Shown here: positions 26,038 to 36,400 of the stretch, piece by piece | Layout of the letters: the number at the start of each line of letters is the position of its first letter | How positions within the stretch are numbered: position 1 is the first letter of the stretch | Assembly (NCBI GenBank): GCA_963739235.1 | Contig: CAVTZY010000024.1 | Span: forward strand, 386,402 to 450,401 | Length of the DNA stretch: 64,000 bases | DNA from: Terriglobia bacterium | GTDB taxonomy: Bacteria > Acidobacteriota > UBA6911 | Direction of reading: 5' to 3' | Program-made: the position numbers and the translations under genes | The notes under the pieces: generated by a model | Told to the model about the DNA's origin: nothing | Database searches by the model: none | What the model saw: the letters and a program-made list of their open reading frames with translations, nothing else

Positions 26038-28596
26038 TCATTCTCCCTCCGTTTCCGGCCAATAATGCTTGGGATATCTGTGCTGGAGTTGCCGTCGCAG
26101 CGCCGGGTAATGCCGCTCCCAGAATCCGGGCAGGTCCTGGGTCACCTGCACCGGGCGCCGGTTTGGGGCAAGGAGATGTACAGTCAGGGGGATGCGCCCG
26201 GAGCAGAGGGTCGGCGTCGATTTCATGCCGATGAAATCCTGCAAGGCGGATTCGATCCACGGCAACTTTCCAGATTCGTAATGGACAAGAACTTTGCGTC
26301 CGCCGGGCAGGGAAACGCGCTCCGGGGTTTCGCGCTCGATCAGACTTTTTTGTCGCGACGTCAGTCTCGACTGCAGAGCGTGCAGCAGCGAAACGTGGGC
26401 AAGCTCAGCCACGCTGCGCCGTCGGGCGCAGCATTCTGCGCTGGCGGCGCTGACCTGCTCATCATTGATGGAACGGAACGCGGCGGCGGGGTAGTGCTGG
26501 ACGAGAAGTGCGATGCGAGCCCTGAACGAGGCCACACTTTCGCCGTCGCGAAAAACCTTTAGTCCGCGCGATCGCACATTGTCGAAGAGCATGCGCGTCA
26601 CTGCTTCGGACGGTGGTGCCGGGCGCACGGTTTCTTCGAGCACCAGCTCGCCGTACAGAGTCTGGCTTGATTCCTCCACTCTGCCCGCTGATTCATTCCA
26701 CGACAAGGTACTCCGCAGGTTGATTTCCTCGGGGAAAAGCCCGGCCAGCCACTCGGGTTCCACCGCGGATGCGCGCCGGATGAGGACGCCTGCGCCTGGG
26801 TAGATTCCTTTTCTTTCTGTTCTCTCTTCCGCATCCACGGCGACAATGAGCGGGGCGTGGTGAACCACACTCGTATCCGCCAGCCTGCCGGAACCGCCGG
26901 CTGCGAGCAGGAACTCTCGAGCTGTCGGCCCGCGACGCCTGGCAACGCGGTCGGGGAATGCCGCAAGGATGGCGATCATAAGTGCTTGATCTTCATCCTG
27001 CGCGCGCGCTGCTCTGGCTGTGCGCTTCAGCAACCGGCCGAGCTGCCGGCGCACGCGCTCGACTGCTTCTACGGCACGCGTGTCCAAACCGAGTGACCGA
27101 AGCCGATTCGGATCGAAGCGCGCCGCTTCGGCTGCGCGGAAGCGCTCAAGCAGCTCGAGCAGATCCGAAGGGCCGGTGCTGCGCGCCCCTTTGGATGAAG
27201 CCGTTCGGCTCAAGTCGCTGCGCTCATCGAACCGGATCTCCCTTTCATTGAGCAGGGCTGCGACCAGGCAGCTCGGTTCCGCCACACCGAGTCTCTCCCC
27301 CTCAACGATCAGGCGCGCGATGCGTGGGTGGACCGGAAATCGAATCATCTGCCGGCCGGTTTCTGTGAGCGACCCGTCAGCCTCGATGGCGCCAAGCCGT
27401 GCCAGCAAATCCCCGGCAGCGCGCACAGCTGAATCCGCGGGCGGCTCAAACCAGGTGAAGGAACGCAGATCGCGGATGCCTGCGCTGTGCAGGATCAGGA
27501 CCGATTCCGCCAGATCCGCGCGCTTGATCTCAGGCAAGTCGCGCTCGGGACGCGACTCGAAATCATGACGCGTGAAGAGGCGCACGACCTGGCCATTCCG
27601 TGTTCTGCCCGCCCGACCTGCCCTTTGAATGGCCGACGCTTTGCTCACCTTGACAAGCGATAGGACAGGAAGGCCGCTCCATGCCGAATGTCCTGCCATA
27701 CGGGCGAGTCCGGAATCGATCACGGCGGCGACGCCGGGGATCGTGATCGAGGTCTCCGCGACGTTGGTGGCCAGGATCACTTTTCTCTCCTGGGACGGCT
27801 CGACTGCGCGAGCCTGTGCGGAGGCCGGAAGATCTCCATGCAGGGGAAGTACCAGGAGGTGGGCTCCGGCCGCGAGAGTTTGAAGAGCGTCCGCTGCCAT
27901 GCGAATCTCGGCTGCACCGGGCAGGAAGATGAGGACATCCCCCCCGAGGCCCGTCTTCAACAGCCTCGAAACCGCCGCCGCGACTTTTTCGTGCAGAGGG
28001 CGTTGAAGCTCGCGCTCCTCATAGGCCACGGTCACCTCGAATCGGGTGCCTGCCGAGGTCAGCACGGGAACTCCGCCGAGAAAACTTGCGATCGGCGCCG
28101 CATCCAACGTAGCCGACATGATGACGAGCTTCAGATCCGGGCGTTGCTCGCATTGGAGGCGCCGAAGAAAGGCGAGGGCAAGATCGGTGGTAAGGTGGCG
28201 CTCGTGAAACTCGTCAAGAATGACTGTCGAAACACCTGCCAGGAGCGGATCTTGCACGATCCTGCGTGCGAGAATCCCCTCGGTGAGGAATCGGATGCGC
28301 GTCTTGGGGCCGGCGACGTTCTCGAACCGGATCGAGAAGCCGACGGTCTCGCCGAGTCGTTCTCCAAACTCTGCTGCGACGCGCGCCGCAGCCAGCCGGG
28401 CCGCGAGCCGCCTGGGCTCCAGGATGAGGATCTCGCCGGCCGATGCGAATCGGGCATGGTACAGTGCTCGTGGCACGCGCGTGGTTTTTCCTGCCCCGGG
28501 AGGTGCGCACACTACCAGCCCGCTGGACGACCTCAGGGTCGCTACGATCTCAGGTAATGCGGCATCGATGGGTAGTGCATCCAGCTGTTGGTTCAT
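26038..28596 (-). CDS. hrpB: ATP-dependent RNA helicase HrpB (DEAH-box)
   Basis: Has motif I APPGAGKTT and motif II ILDEFHERH, with HA2/OB-like and HrpB C-terminal regions. The ATG at 28596 (MNQQLDALPID) is preferred because the longer track ORF runs into the repeat hairpin. Confidence 0.85.
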   Translation of the reverse strand: MNQQLDALPIDAALPEIVATLRSSSGLVVCAPPGAGKTTRVPRALYHARFASAGEILILEPRRLAARLAAARVAAEFGERLGETVGFSIRFENVAGPKTRIRFLTEGILARRIVQDPLLAGVSTVILDEFHERHLTTDLALAFLRRLQCEQRPDLKLVIMSATLDAAPIASFLGGVPVLTSAGTRFEVTVAYEERELQRPLHEKVAAAVSRLLKTGLGGDVLIFLPGAAEIRMAADALQTLAAGAHLLVLPLHGDLPASAQARAVEPSQERKVILATNVAETSITIPGVAAVIDSGLARMAGHSAWSGLPVLSLVKVSKASAIQRAGRAGRTRNGQVVRLFTRHDFESRPERDLPEIKRADLAESVLILHSAGIRDLRSFTWFEPPADSAVRAAGDLLARLGAIEADGSLTETGRQMIRFPVHPRIARLIVEGERLGVAEPSCLVAALLNEREIRFDERSDLSRTASSKGARSTGPSDLLELLERFRAAEAARFDPNRLRSLGLDTRAVEAVERVRRQLGRLLKRTARAARAQDEDQALMIAILAAFPDRVARRRGPTAREFLLAAGGSGRLADTSVVHHAPLIVAVDAEERTERKGIYPGAGVLIRRASAVEPEWLAGLFPEEINLRSTLSWNESAGRVEESSQTLYGELVLEETVRPAPPSEAVTRMLFDNVRSRGLKVFRDGESVASFRARIALLVQHYPAAAFRSINDEQVSAASAECCARRRSVAELAHVSLLHALQSRLTSRQKSLIERETPERVSLPGGRKVLVHYESGKLPWIESALQDFIGMKSTPTLCSGRIPLTVHLLAPNRRPVQVTQDLPGFWERHYPALRRQLQHRYPKHYWPETEGE

Positions 28597-28614
28597 GGGG
28601 CCTGAAAATGCAAA

Positions 28615-28668
28615 GCAGCCACGAATGACACGGAATCTACTCTGCCAATTCGTGCCATTCGTGGCTGC
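28615..28668. repeat. GCAGCCACGAATG hairpin family copy between the small Rho_N-like gene and hrpB
   Basis: GCAGCCACGAATGACACGGAAT..AATTCGTGCCATTCGTGGCTGC, 19 nt upstream of the hrpB start. Confidence 0.65.
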
Positions 28669-28691
28669 AGTCAAAAAACGGGTAATTCAGG

Positions 28692-29033
28692 CTACTTTGA
28701 GGCGGGCACTGCAGCTTTGCGCAGTGCCCGCCTCAGTTCGTGCATCTGGCGCCGCACGGTCTTGAGCTGGGCATGATCATGTGCCTGCAAGGCGATGTCC
28801 CGCTTCTTCTTCAGCCCTTTCATCTGCGACTTGATGTCGCTTTTACTGGCACCGGCTGCCTTGATCTTCCGGTGAACGTGCATGTCGAGATTGAGCGCTT
28901 TGCACAGGGCAGCCAGCAAATGCTCTTTGTTCAACTGGGTGTAACCCTGTACGGCTTCGTGCTTCATTCCCTTGGCAATTTCACGAAGTTCCGCAACCGT
29001 CATTTCTTTGAGTTGCTCATAGGTATAGGTCAT
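28692..29033 (-). CDS. Small basic protein with Rho-N/SAP-like N-terminal helix-extended-helix motif
   Basis: ATG at 29033 is preceded by AAGGAGA. The N-terminus YEQLKEMTVAELREIAKGM resembles the Rho_N/SAP motif. I reject the upstream part of track ORF 28692..29330 because it overlaps the M28 gene end. Confidence 0.5.
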   Translation of the reverse strand: MTYTYEQLKEMTVAELREIAKGMKHEAVQGYTQLNKEHLLAALCKALNLDMHVHRKIKAAGASKSDIKSQMKGLKKKRDIALQAHDHAQLKTVRRQMHELRRALRKAAVPASK

Positions 29034-29130
29034 AACCCTGTGTCTCCTTTGAGCGAACGGGTGCGGTGTGCAAAGGATGCGCCCCGCACCCGATTCGAAC
29101 CTGACAAATTCTGCAAGCCCCGACAATGGG

Positions 29131-30894
29131 TTACTGCTGTCCTGGGCCTCCGCGTCTGCCTCCCGGGCCGGCCGGTGAGGGCGGCTTGTGAGGCATCTTC
29201 TCGGCGCGATTGGCCGCGAGATACGCGAATGCCGCGGAGATCGTGGCCATCTGGATGCAGTCGCGCGGCTGGAGCCGCTCGTAGGTGTCCAGGTTCGTGT
29301 GGTGGATGATGGTGTTGTACTCGATCTCATCCTGAATGAACTGGAAAGCCGGCAGACCCACGCCGTCGAACGACTGGTGATCCGTGCCTCCCGTGTTTCG
29401 AATGGTCAGTGTCGTCATGCCCATGCTGCGGAATGGCTCCATCCACTCACGGAAGATCGGCGCCACCGCGTCATTGCCTTGAAGGTAAACGCCACGAAGC
29501 GCACCGGTGCCGTTGTCGATATTGAAGTAGACCGAGAACTTGTCATATTCAGGCTTTGTCTTGAGCGGGCCCTGCGGTGCTCCAAAACCGCCGCCTCCGC
29601 CGCGCTGGCCGCCGGCTGGTGCTGCCCCGCCTGCGGCGGCTGGGGTAGCCGGCCGGTCCACAAGGTGCGTTGATACGTACTCGCGCGAGCCGAGCAAGCC
29701 TTGTTCCTCACCCTCCCACAGCCCGATGCGCACCGTGCGGCGCAGCGGCACGCCGGTGGCCTTGAGTATGCGCATGGCCTCCATCATGGCTGCCGAGCCC
29801 GCACCGTTATCGGCTGCGCCCTCCGCCGCGTGCCAACAATCAAAATGCCCGCCGAGCAGAACGATCTCATCGGCTTTGTCGGTGCCCGGAATATCGCCTA
29901 CGATGTTGAACACAGGGGGATTTGGATAGAATGTGTTCTTGATGTCGGCCTCGATGGTGACCGGGACGTTCTTGTCCAGCATGCGCCCGATGCGACCATA
30001 CTGCTCCGCTGGGATCACGACTGCCGGAAGGGTAGTCGCTGGATCGCTGGTGCGGCTGCCGCCGATAACGTAGATGCCGTGGCCACGTGGGGTTGTCGAG
30101 AGCAGACCAAGCGCGCCTTCCGTCCGGAAGAAATCGTTCCGATTGAAACCTCCGGCAGCGCCTCCGCGTCCACCCGGGGCAGCCGGTTGTCCGGCAGCTG
30201 GTGCCGCTGGGGCACCGGGGGCAGCTGGAGCGCCGGGTCCACCCTGCCGAGCTGGAGGAGCCTGCGCTGGAGCGCCCTGCCGTGCGCCTGGCGGTGTCAC
30301 GCCGAATTCCGGTTGCGCCGGCTGCGCCATTTCCATGGCTTCCAGCTGCTCCGCCGTATACCGCTTCGACGGCGGATCCCAGAAGGCGGGGACATTGGGT
30401 ATTGCCTGCGTCAAAACCCACTTGCCCTTCAGCTTGCCCTTGTACTGAGCCAGATCCTCCGCGGTCGTGGCCGTCACCAGAATGGCTTCGCCGCTCTGAA
30501 GGCCGTTCGTGCCGGGGGTCCAAGCGGTCGGCGTGCCCGGGATGGCGAACTTTCCTTGCCCCCACGAGGCGGCCATATAGAACTTGTCGTTCGTCCAGCC
30601 GCGGTCGAAACCGTTGCGATTCTCCCAGGGCTCAATCTTGACGTTCACCAGCCCAAATTCCTTCATCTTGCCCATAGCCCATTCAGCAGCCTTCTGGGCA
30701 TTAGGCGAGCCGGTCAGACGTGGGGAGTAAACGTCTGACAGCCAGCTGTTCAACTCCATAACCTGCGAGTGCTGCATGCCTTCTGCTTTGATCTTGTTGA
30801 TGTCCGCATAGTTGACATTTTCATTCGTGGCCAGCAGCGGCAGGGCGAGCAGCAGCGCCACTGACGCCAGCACGTAAAGATGCTTTCTTCTCAT
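29131..30894 (-). CDS. M28-family aminopeptidase with PA domain and Pro/Ala/Gly-rich inserts, secreted
   Basis: Metal-ligand region GGHFDCWHAAEGAADNGAGSAAMMEAMR. The signal peptide follows the ATG at 30894 (MRRKHLYVLASVALLLALPLLA). Confidence 0.8.
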   Translation of the reverse strand: MRRKHLYVLASVALLLALPLLATNENVNYADINKIKAEGMQHSQVMELNSWLSDVYSPRLTGSPNAQKAAEWAMGKMKEFGLVNVKIEPWENRNGFDRGWTNDKFYMAASWGQGKFAIPGTPTAWTPGTNGLQSGEAILVTATTAEDLAQYKGKLKGKWVLTQAIPNVPAFWDPPSKRYTAEQLEAMEMAQPAQPEFGVTPPGARQGAPAQAPPARQGGPGAPAAPGAPAAPAAGQPAAPGGRGGAAGGFNRNDFFRTEGALGLLSTTPRGHGIYVIGGSRTSDPATTLPAVVIPAEQYGRIGRMLDKNVPVTIEADIKNTFYPNPPVFNIVGDIPGTDKADEIVLLGGHFDCWHAAEGAADNGAGSAAMMEAMRILKATGVPLRRTVRIGLWEGEEQGLLGSREYVSTHLVDRPATPAAAGGAAPAGGQRGGGGGFGAPQGPLKTKPEYDKFSVYFNIDNGTGALRGVYLQGNDAVAPIFREWMEPFRSMGMTTLTIRNTGGTDHQSFDGVGLPAFQFIQDEIEYNTIIHHTNLDTYERLQPRDCIQMATISAAFAYLAANRAEKMPHKPPSPAGPGGRRGGPGQQ

Positions 30895-31084
30895 TTCTTC
30901 ATCTCCTGCGGGACGGACAGGGGAGCGGTCCGCGTCCCGGCGATAATCCTTTGACGGTACTGGGGACATGGTTGATTCTAAGCGTTTCTATCACGCCGGC
31001 AAAAGAGGGGCAAGCGAATTCAAAACCAAAGGCCGCCCCCTGGGAATAATCAAGATTAGCGCAAAATTATGGGTTCTCAAAAAC

Positions 31085-31150
31085 CAGCCGCGAATGGCAC
31101 GAATGCTTGACCAGAGTCAAGGTCTGTCCTTCGTGGCTGCTTTTGCTTTT
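31085..31150. terminator. Degenerate GCAGCCACGAATG-family hairpin followed by TTTTGCTTTT
   Basis: CAGCCGCGAATGGCACGAATG..CCTTCGTGGCTGC plus a T-run, lying just beyond the stop of the corrinoid-protein gene. Confidence 0.4.
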
Positions 31151-31163
31151 CCAGCGGCAACTC

Positions 31164-31826
31164 TCACGCTGGTGCGGTGAGCTTGCGGGCGAGGGCGACG
31201 GCGAGGCTGGCATTCTCAGCGTATCCGTCGGCTCCGATCTGTGCGGCGAAATGCTGCGTTACCGGGGCCCCGCCGATCATTATTTTCACTTTGTCGCGGA
31301 TACCGGCCTGTTTCAGAGCTTCGATCGTATGGGTCATACCTGTCATGGTAGTGGTCAGCAGCGCGGAGAGCGCAACCAAGTTCGCGCCCGAGGAATTTAC
31401 GGCCTCGATGAACCGATCGGGGGATACGTCGGCGCCGAGATCGACCACTTCAAACCCTCCTCCTTCGAGCAGCGAAGCCACCAGGTTTTTGCCGATGTCG
31501 TGCAGGTCGCCCCTGACCGTGCCGATCACGATCTTTCCGGCTGCACGGGCGCCGGTTGCCGCCAGCAGCGGGCGCATCGGATCCAGCGCCGCCTTCATGG
31601 CGCGCGCGGCAAGTAGGAGTTCGGGGACGTAATATTCCTCACACTCGAACATGCGCCCCACCCTGTCCATCGCCGGTATCATATATTTGGAAATGATTTC
31701 CATTGCGGGAGTTCCGGCTTCCAGAGCCTCGCGGGTGACAGAGGCAGATGTTTTTGCGTCGCCCTTCAGGATCGCGTCGTACAGCTGCTGCAAGTCGACC
31801 ATGTTGCTCCTCTCTCCCTGTGCCAT
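31164..31826 (-). CDS. Stand-alone cobalamin (B12)-binding domain protein (corrinoid protein, MtbC/MetH-cap-like)
   Basis: An N-terminal helical cap precedes a Rossmann-like B12-binding domain with the DxHxxG motif GDLHDIGKN, SALLTTT and IMIGGAP. Confidence 0.8.
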   Translation of the reverse strand: MAQGERSNMVDLQQLYDAILKGDAKTSASVTREALEAGTPAMEIISKYMIPAMDRVGRMFECEEYYVPELLLAARAMKAALDPMRPLLAATGARAAGKIVIGTVRGDLHDIGKNLVASLLEGGGFEVVDLGADVSPDRFIEAVNSSGANLVALSALLTTTMTGMTHTIEALKQAGIRDKVKIMIGGAPVTQHFAAQIGADGYAENASLAVALARKLTAPA

Positions 31827-32173
31827 TCGATCGCCGATGCCATGTTACCATTGTTTCCCACAATCCTGACCATGTCTCCTTTCCCCATCTGCGATTCATG
31901 CGGTGACATGCACCGTAAGGCGCGGCATAGGTATAGCCCGGGACTTGGGTCCCTGGGAGCCCGTCCGGGCCAGGTAGAGCCGGGCGACGCGCGAGAAAAG
32001 AACCACCACTGATCACAAGCTGAATACAAGGGGCCGGCGATCAAGGGTGACTTTGCCTCAAACTTGGAAATTCGTAGGCGCTGCGATCGCTTGCGTGATA
32101 CGATGCCGCAAACTTTGTTTGTGGTATGCCTGCCTGTTGGTTTGGGCGGGAAATTGAATCCGGGAGTGACGAT

Positions 32174-33163
32174 ATGCGCCGATATTCTTTTTACTTAGCG
32201 GTTCTTGCCGGTTTCCTCTTCGCCGCTTCAGCGTTTGGCCAAGGCAAAGGGGCGGGGGGCCCCGCTTTGGTCGGAACCCTGACCATCAAGGCCAAAGAAG
32301 GCACGAAACTGCCCGACTCATTTGATGTAGTCCTCTATCGATCGGACCGAACCGAATCCGGGCGTCAATCGGTCAAGAATCATGAGTCCTACCGGTTCAC
32401 CGGCATTTCCAGAGGGGACTGGGAAATCGCCGTAGAAGGAGAAGGCCGGACCCTCGGACGCATGAAATTCGCCATAAACTCAACGAACAGCGGTGACACT
32501 CGACAGGACCTGGAGCTGGAATGGCGCGAAAAATCGGGTCCGGCATCCGCCAATGCCGGAACGATTTCCGCCTTGGATCTGTATAAGCGCAGTCCGGAGA
32601 GCGATAGTCTGATGAAGCAGGCTCTGGCCGAGAGTACCAAGAAGAACTATGCCGGGGCGGCCAAACTCCTGGACCAGATTGTTACCGCCGATGCCAAGGA
32701 TTTCGAGGCGTGGACCGATTTGGGGAACACCCTGTTCGCGCAGGGCAAACAAGGCGAAGCCGAAAAGGCATTCCGCCGTGCGCTGCAAGAGCAGCCGTCT
32801 TATCCGCTGGCGCTCTTGAATCTCGGCAAGCTGAACTATGGCCAGAAGAACTATGATGCTGCGATTGCCACGTTGAGCCAGTTGGTTGGCGCTCATCCGG
32901 AGGCAGCGGAAGCTCATCGCTTCCTCGGCGAGTCCTATCTCCGCGTCAAAAAGGGTTCCAAGGCGGTTCCGGAGCTGGAGGAAGCGGCGCGTCTCGACCC
33001 GGAAAACCAGGCAGAGGCGCACCTCAGCTTGGCTGCTCTCTACGATGCGGCTAACCTGAAGGATCGGGCGGCAGCCGAGTATGAAAAGTTTCTGCTGGTA
33101 AGACCCAGCTACACCGACAAGAAGACGCTGGAGAAGTATATTCACGACAACAAGAAACTCTGA
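32174..33163 (+). CDS. Secreted TPR-repeat protein
   Basis: Signal peptide MRRYSFYLAVLAGFLFAASAFG, followed by several TPR units (..AWTDLGNTLFAQGKQGEAEKAFRRAL.., ..ALLNLGKLNYGQKNYDAA..). Confidence 0.75.
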   Translation: MRRYSFYLAVLAGFLFAASAFGQGKGAGGPALVGTLTIKAKEGTKLPDSFDVVLYRSDRTESGRQSVKNHESYRFTGISRGDWEIAVEGEGRTLGRMKFAINSTNSGDTRQDLELEWREKSGPASANAGTISALDLYKRSPESDSLMKQALAESTKKNYAGAAKLLDQIVTADAKDFEAWTDLGNTLFAQGKQGEAEKAFRRALQEQPSYPLALLNLGKLNYGQKNYDAAIATLSQLVGAHPEAAEAHRFLGESYLRVKKGSKAVPELEEAARLDPENQAEAHLSLAALYDAANLKDRAAAEYEKFLLVRPSYTDKKTLEKYIHDNKKL

Positions 33164-33482
33164 GCCGAGAATTTCCAGCGAATCCGGCGTCTTCCCTACG
33201 GTCACCTCGGATGGCGGCCGCAGCAGGCCGATTAGATTAATTTCATTTGATTTTCCGAAACTTCTGATAAGATTTGTTGAGAAATTGGAAACGCTGAAGA
33301 TCAGAAGGCGGGGAAATATTTCACGCCGATTCCGTATCCTCGGATAACGTTTTAACCTTGACACCTGGCAGAGGAGTTATCCGAGAGGGGGGTGGCGTTA
33401 GTGGATTCTGCCTCCATGGCAGAGCGTTGGGTAATCCTTCGGGATTTTGTTGGGAGTAATTTTGCATAGGGGAGAGCTTAAA

Positions 33483-36400
33483 ATGCGAAGACTGGGTTTA
33501 TGTGCTTTGCTGCTCGTTTTACTGACGCCTGTCCTCCATGGTCAGGCGGTCAGCTCACTGACGGGTTTGGTCACGGATCCGTCAGGTGGTGTCGTTCCAG
33601 GTACCACGATCACCATTGTCAACACCCAGACCGGTGTCCAGCGTGAAACCGTATCCAACGACGGGGGAAGCTACACTTTCCCAGCCGTCATGCCGGGAAC
33701 ATATAACCTGACAGCCAAAAAAGCGGGATTTAACGCTGTCGAAGTCAAAGACATTACGTTGTCGGTGAACACGCCCGCGACGGTCAACGTCAAGTTTGAG
33801 AAGGTTGGAGGCGTTTCGGAAACAGTCACGGTCTCGGCGTCCGCGGTGCAGGTAAACACCACCGACGCTTCACTGGGAAACGCCATCACCTCCTCGGCTA
33901 TTCTCCAGCTCCCGTCGTTCCAGCGGGACGTCGTAAACCTGCTCCTGCTCCAGCCCGGCGTCACTACGGGCGGACAGGTCAATGGCGGGAAAGCGGATCA
34001 GGCTAACGTCACCCTCGACGGTGTCGACGTCAATGACCAGGTCAACCGCAACCTGCAAAGCGTGCTGCGCGTCACTCTCGATTCCGTGCAGGAGTTCCGC
34101 ACAACCACCACGAACGCGAACGCAGACCAGGGGCGCGGCTCCGGCGCCGAGGTCGCGCTGGTGACCAAGAACGGCACCAATGAATATCACGGCTCGATGT
34201 ATGAATACAACCGCAACACCCTGTTCGCGGCCGACACCTTCTTCAACAACCGCAGCCTGAAGCCGATCTACAACGGTGGTACTTTTGGAAACGGCTACCA
34301 TGAGTACTGCACAGCGCAGCAGCTCGCCACTGAGTGGGATAAATGCAAAGCGGCCAACGCCGCCCTGCTGATCAACGTTTTCGGCGGCTCGATCGGTGGC
34401 CCGATTATCAAGAACAAGCTGTTCCTCTTTGCCAACTACGAGGGCAACCGCAATGCGAGCGCCAGTACGCAAAATCGCACCGTCCCCACCGACAACCTGC
34501 GCAACGGGATCGTGACGTACCACAACGCGGCCGGCGCCCTGGCGACGATCGGCGGCAACGATATCAAAACCTACGTCGACCCGCTGGGCATCGGCGCCAA
34601 TCCTGCGGTGCTCAAGACTTTCGCCCTGTACCCCAAGGGGAACCTTGCCGGTTCGGGTGACGGCCTTAACACGATCACTTACCAGTTCATTGCGCCCCGG
34701 CACACCAAGACGGACACCTACATTGCCCGCCTGGATTACACTGTGGACAACGCCGGCAAGCACCAGATCATGGTGCGCGGCAACCTCCAGAATGACCACT
34801 CCGGCAGCATACCTCAATTTCCGGGACTGCCTGGGAATTCGGAATCCCTTTCCAACAACAAGGGATTGGCCGTCGGCTACACATGGGTGCTAAAGCCGAA
34901 CATGGTCAGCAACTTCCGGTACGGATTCACCCGGCAGGGCGGGGAGCAGACCGGCCTTCTGAATTCCGAGATCACAACTTTCCGCGGTTACGATAATCCC
35001 TATGGAACCGGCACAGCCTCGACGCGCTTCGTTCCCGTGCACACCATCAGCGAGGACTTCTCCTGGATGAAGGGGGATCATGATTTCCGTTTTGGCACCA
35101 CCATTCGCGTGATCTCGAATACATTCAGCAATAACAACACGTTCAACAGCGCGACGACAAACGCGTCCGGTCTTGCGGGGAGTGGCACGGAGTTGTATGC
35201 CAGCATTCCGGGAGGAATCAAAACCGGAGATGTCCAAAGTTACACGTACGCCATGGCCGCGCTGCTTGGCTTGATCAGCCAGATCAACGGCAACTACAAT
35301 TACAAGGCCAACGCTGACGGGAGCGCAACGGTTATCCCATCAGGTGGGTTTGTGACTCGAAACATGGCCAATAAAGAGTATGAAATTTACGGCCAGGACA
35401 GCTGGAAGATCCGGCGCAACCTCACGATCACGGCGGGTATCCGGCTTTCGATCATGCCGCCGGTGCGCGAAACCAATGGCCAACAGATCTCTCCGAGCGT
35501 CCCGCTGTCGACCTGGCTCGGACAGCGCGGCCAGCTTGCGGCGCAGGGCCTTCCCCAGAACACCCTTGCCCCTATTCAATTCGTGCTGGCCTCCAGCCCT
35601 CAGGGCAGGGATATGTTTCCGCAGCGCAACAACTGGGCTCCGCGCCTTGGAATTGCGTACTCACCCAGCGCTTCCGAAGGGCTGGGCAAGTTCCTGTTCG
35701 GCGGCCCGGGCAAGAGCTCGATCCGGCTCGGATTCGGGATGTACTACGACATGGTCGGGCAGCCCCTGGCGGCCTCGTTCAATAGCACCGCCTTCGGCTT
35801 GCGATCATCCGTCACGAACCCTCTGAACACGTTGGATGCTGCCCATGCTCCGCGCTTTGCGGATTTCTATCAGATACCGACCGCGTTTCTGCCCGCTGTG
35901 CCACCGGCCGGATTCCCGGTCACGTATCCGAACCTCTTCGCTATTACCAACAGCATCGATGATCAGCTGAAGGCGCCTTACACGATGAACATGAACTTCA
36001 GCTGGGGCCGCGAGTTCGCCAAGGGCCTCTTTATTCAGACCGCGTATGTCGGACGCCTCTCGCGGCGCTCCCTGATCCAGCGCGACCTGGCCATGCCCAC
36101 CAACCTGAAGGACCCCAAGTCCGGCCAGACCTATTTCCAGGCCATGCAGCAGTTGGCGACTTACACGGATATCACCAACCTCGCCATCCGCAGCAAGACG
36201 ACCGATGCCTCGTATAAGAATCTTCCGCCGATTCCATTCTTCGAAAATTTGTGGCCGGGTGCGGCAGGAGGTGGGTACACCGCCACGCAGAATATCGCCA
36301 ACTACTACGTCCGGAACAGCAATATGGGCGACTTCACAAACGTCCTCAACGGGATGGACGAGATCTGCGGCAGCGCGACCCTATTCAATTCGGCCGGCAA

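Noticed and set aside
31827-32060. Possible cobalamin riboswitch in the leader of the B12-binding protein gene (minus strand)
   Set aside because: The leader is GC-rich and structured. I could not identify a convincing B12 box or the GGUGxxAAxxCC core by eye, so I left it uncalled.
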